Assembly (NCBI GenBank): GCA_036268155.1
Contig: DATAUQ010000042.1
Location: forward strand, 1-54,022
DNA: 54,022 nucleotides
Direction: 5' to 3'
DNA from: Verrucomicrobiia bacterium
GTDB lineage: Bacteria; Verrucomicrobiota; Verrucomicrobiia; Limisphaerales; UBA11358
Part shown: positions 53,294-54,022 of the stretch, piece after piece
Layout: each line of letters opens with the position of its first letter
Position numbering within the stretch: the first letter of the stretch is position 1
Position numbers and translations under genes: made by a program
Notes under the pieces: model-generated
What the model was told of the DNA's origin: nothing
The model's database searches: none
The model's input: the letters and a program-made list of their open reading frames with translations, nothing else

Positions 53294-54022
53294 TTACGCC
53301 ACTTCCTGCGGACCTTTTCCGCCGTTCAGCAAAAACAAAACCGCCATGCGAACGGCGAGGCCGTTCGTTACCTGCTCCAAAATCAGCGAACGCGCGCAGT
53401 CGGCAATCTCGCTGTCAATCTCCACGCCGCGGTTGACGGGGCCAGGATGCATGATGAGCGCGTCGGATTTTGTTTTGGCGAGCCGCGCCTTGTTCAGGCC
53501 GAACAAGCTCGTGTATTCACCAATGCCGGGGAACATCGTCTTGCGCTGGCGTTCGTGCTGGATGCGCAAGAGATGAATGATGTCCGCGTCGCGAATCGCC
53601 TCGTCCACATTGTGCGTTACGCGACAACCCATTTGTTCAAAAGTCTTCGGCACAAGCGTGGACGGCCCGCAAAGTGTCACCTTCGCGCCGAGTTTCGTCA
53701 GCGCCCAGATGTTTGAGCGCGCGACGCGGCTGTAAAGGATGTCGCCGAGAATTGTCACGTTCAGCCCGGCGATTTTTTCTTTGTGTTCGCGGATTGTGAA
53801 CGCGTCGAGCAGCGCCTGCGTCGGATGTTCGTGCGCGCCGTCGCCGGCGTTGATGATGCTGGCATTGACGACGCGTGACAGAAAATGCGGTGCGCCGCTC
53901 GCGCTGTGGCGGATGATGATGAAATCGGCGTTGAGCGCCTCGAGATTTCTGGCCGTGTCCTTGAGTGTCTCGCCCTTTTTGAACGACGACGCGTCGGCGG
54001 AAAAATTCACGATGTCGGCGGT
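53294..54022 (-). CDS. pyrB: Aspartate carbamoyltransferase catalytic subunit; the N-terminus lies outside the window
   Basis: [22 protein letters not shown]...[10 protein letters not shown]...[11 protein letters not shown]...[11 protein letters not shown] matches PyrB. The frame stays open to the window edge. Confidence 0.9.
   Translation of the reverse strand, partial: TADIVNFSADASSFKKGETLKDTARNLEALNADFIIIRHSASGAPHFLSRVVNASIINAGDGAHEHPTQALLDAFTIREHKEKIAGLNVTILGDILYSRVARSNIWALTKLGAKVTLCGPSTLVPKTFEQMGCRVTHNVDEAIRDADIIHLLRIQHERQRKTMFPGIGEYTSLFGLNKARLAKTKSDALIMHPGPVNRGVEIDSEIADCARSLILEQVTNGLAVRMAVLFLLNGGKGPQEVA

Noticed and set aside
1-54022. Search for tRNA, rRNA, tmRNA, riboswitch-like leaders and CRISPR arrays
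   Set aside because: I recognised no cloverleaf-like or rRNA-like stretches. The intergenic regions are short or occupied by REP-like repeats. I cannot run covariance models, so small ncRNAs cannot be excluded.

Overview
This is a 54-kb chromosomal window with a GC-rich backbone, roughly high-50s % GC by eye (not computed). It most likely comes from a Verrucomicrobiota/PVC-type bacterium. That inference rests on three things: an H-X9-DG prepilin-like gene, a GxxExxY gene, and several families of short palindromic REP-like repeats whose translations read ICVHLW/HRDTE/TIQRFN/ARPT-like.

The backbone is housekeeping:
- a bactofilin pair, an ArfB-like rescue factor and an NhaP antiporter
- hopanoid radical-SAM genes hpnH-hpnJ
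- a Fur-family regulator followed by a fragmented suf Fe-S cluster set (sufB, sufC, mrp, sufD, sufU)
- an orphan sigma-54 response regulator, serA, a parvulin PPIase, kamA, nth and a lipoate-ligase-like gene
- a large secreted EEP nuclease
- an LPS block (lpxK, lpxL-like, waaF, cysE, a GT-C-like membrane protein)
- a PQQ-type sugar dehydrogenase, hflX and glgC
- kdsA-kdsC-lptC-lptA-lptB-hprK-ptsH
- gatC and gatA separated by two membrane-protein genes
- pyrB (partial)

I saw no rRNA, tRNA, CRISPR array, integrase or transposase.

The accessory content consists of small AT-richer islets inserted exactly at operon joints, each tied to REP-like repeats:
1. a GxxExxY PD-(D/E)XK gene inside a palindromic element between sufB and sufC, plus a 105-bp cargo-less copy of that element between nth and the lipoate-ligase gene
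2. a two-domain Mrr-like PD-(D/E)XK orphan enclosed by ~170-bp composite inverted repeats, followed by an antitoxin/RelE pair
3. a Zn-ribbon/DUF4145-like orphan followed by a 380-bp repeat graveyard
4. a split-PIN-like orphan after sufU
5. a 142-bp MITE with perfect terminal inverted repeats (TIRs) and a target-site duplication (TSD)
6. a DUF2846-like lipoprotein islet

The most interesting idea is that the genome's palindromic repeat families are physically coupled to PD-(D/E)XK nuclease genes, as a possible nuclease-mobilised repeat system. This is inference only. All repeat coordinates were hand-counted and may be off by 1-2 nt.
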